A DNA stretch of 64,000 nucleotides from a virus. The notes below the pieces were generated by a model that saw nothing but the letters and a program-made list of their open reading frames with translations, was not told where the DNA came from and ran no database searches. The position numbers and the translations under genes were made by a program. This document shows positions 63,314-64,000 of the stretch, piece after piece. Position 1 is the first letter of the stretch, and each line of letters opens with the position of its first letter. Where the stretch lies: positions 1 through 64,000 of the IMG/VR virus record IMGVR_UViG_3300045988_163643; one strand, 5' to 3'.

Positions 63314-64000
63314 CTAATCATTAAATTTGAAAGATACTTTCATATCAGCTTTAGTGCAAGTGGCTTGAGCATTATATTTTTTATTTAATAAATTATATTT
63401 TATTGTATATTTGTTACATCCTAAAGTTTTACAAGCTATTAAATAATTGTCAAATACTTTATGATAACCATCGTTATTAAATACAATTACTTCTTTATCT
63501 TCTATTTTATCATTTTCATCTTCATAATCATATTCATTAATACTTAATTCTTCTTTATTTTTTATTAATTCTTTTCTTAATTTTATTATTAGTTGTTGAA
63601 CTCTTTGTTTACTTATTCCCATTTTACTACCTATTTCCTCGTAGTTATAACCATTCATAAGCATTATAGCTATATCATATAATCTTTTATCTTTTAAAGT
63701 TTTAATATAATTTAATATTTCATTTCTATAAATACCAGTAAAATCATCTAATCTTCCAACAGTTCTATCTCTAACTTTTTCAGTATCTTCGTCCATACCT
63801 TCGTTTTCATGTATTTTTTTCTCTCCACCTTTTTGGACATATTTATATAAATCATTATTAATAAAACTTAGCATTTTATTTCTAATTGATTTAACTGCTA
63901 AAGTACTAAGTTTTCCTTTACTTTCATCATAAGATTTAATTACACTATATAAAGTTATCATTCCGACTTGTCTTAAGTCAGCATATACATCATATTCAGT
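63314..64000 (-). CDS. sigma-70-family sigma factor, 5'-truncated by the window edge, with extra C-terminal domain
   Basis: The frame stays open to 64000 (...YADLRQVGMITLYSVIKSYD, region 2); region 4 YEEIGSKMGISKQRVQQLIIKLRKEL. Confidence 0.7.
   Translation of the reverse strand, partial: TEYDVYADLRQVGMITLYSVIKSYDESKGKLSTLAVKSIRNKMLSFINNDLYKYVQKGGEKKIHENEGMDEDTEKVRDRTVGRLDDFTGIYRNEILNYIKTLKDKRLYDIAIMLMNGYNYEEIGSKMGISKQRVQQLIIKLRKELIKNKEELSINEYDYEDENDKIEDKEVIVFNNDGYHKVFDNYLIACKTLGCNKYTIKYNLLNKKYNAQATCTKADMKVSFKFND

Noticed and set aside
1-64000. The regularly recurring ~45-bp conserved motif considered as a CRISPR array or other repeat-spacer locus
   Set aside because: Spacing is gene-length and irregular (0.3-6 kb). 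Each copy has -35/-10 geometry and is followed by an RBS and an ORF. They are promoters, not CRISPR repeats.

Overview
Very AT-rich, gene-dense DNA in which every credible gene (about 85) is on the minus strand. The plus-strand ORFs in the track look like antisense shadows. Content: class II ribonucleotide reductase, DnaE-type polymerase, DnaB helicase, DnaG primase, RecJ, RuvC, ATP-dependent DNA ligase, SSB-like protein, Sak4-like ATPase, dUTPase, dCMP deaminase, guanylate kinase, an RNA ligase plus kinase-HD pair, three sigma-factor genes, several proteases, and many tiny Zn-ribbon or membrane proteins. I found no virion genes and no tRNA or rRNA. This fits the early/replication/nucleotide-metabolism arm of a large phage of a low-GC host (host assignment is inference). 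Main observations: (1) a ~45-bp promoter cassette reused about 30 times, usually next to a hairpin terminator. (2) Many selfish elements: two group I introns in nrdJ, an intein plus a group I intron in dnaE, three LAGLIDADG endonucleases, two free-standing PD-(D/E)XK-type endonuclease paralogs and a solo TnpB. (3) Four genes (homing endonuclease, beta-CASP nuclease, RecJ, DnaG) are each broken inside a conserved motif, and a small shift restores the motif: -1 on A_AAA_AAG, an 11-nt CUU-UGA...CUA hop, +2 at GUG-UAG, +1 at CCC-ACA-UAG. These are either recoding sites or lesions/sequencing errors. (4) A sigma-70-type factor is fused to a P-loop kinase + HD module that is paralogous to the enzyme next to the RNA ligase. 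(5) An SH3-like domain occurs six times in four genes, and one gene keeps an internal SD+ATG at each repeat. (6) Tandem NrdR-box-like sites lie upstream of nrdJ. (7) A 69-nt hairpin sits between a Shine-Dalgarno and its start codon. All coordinates were worked out by hand; splice and shift junctions are +/- a few nt.
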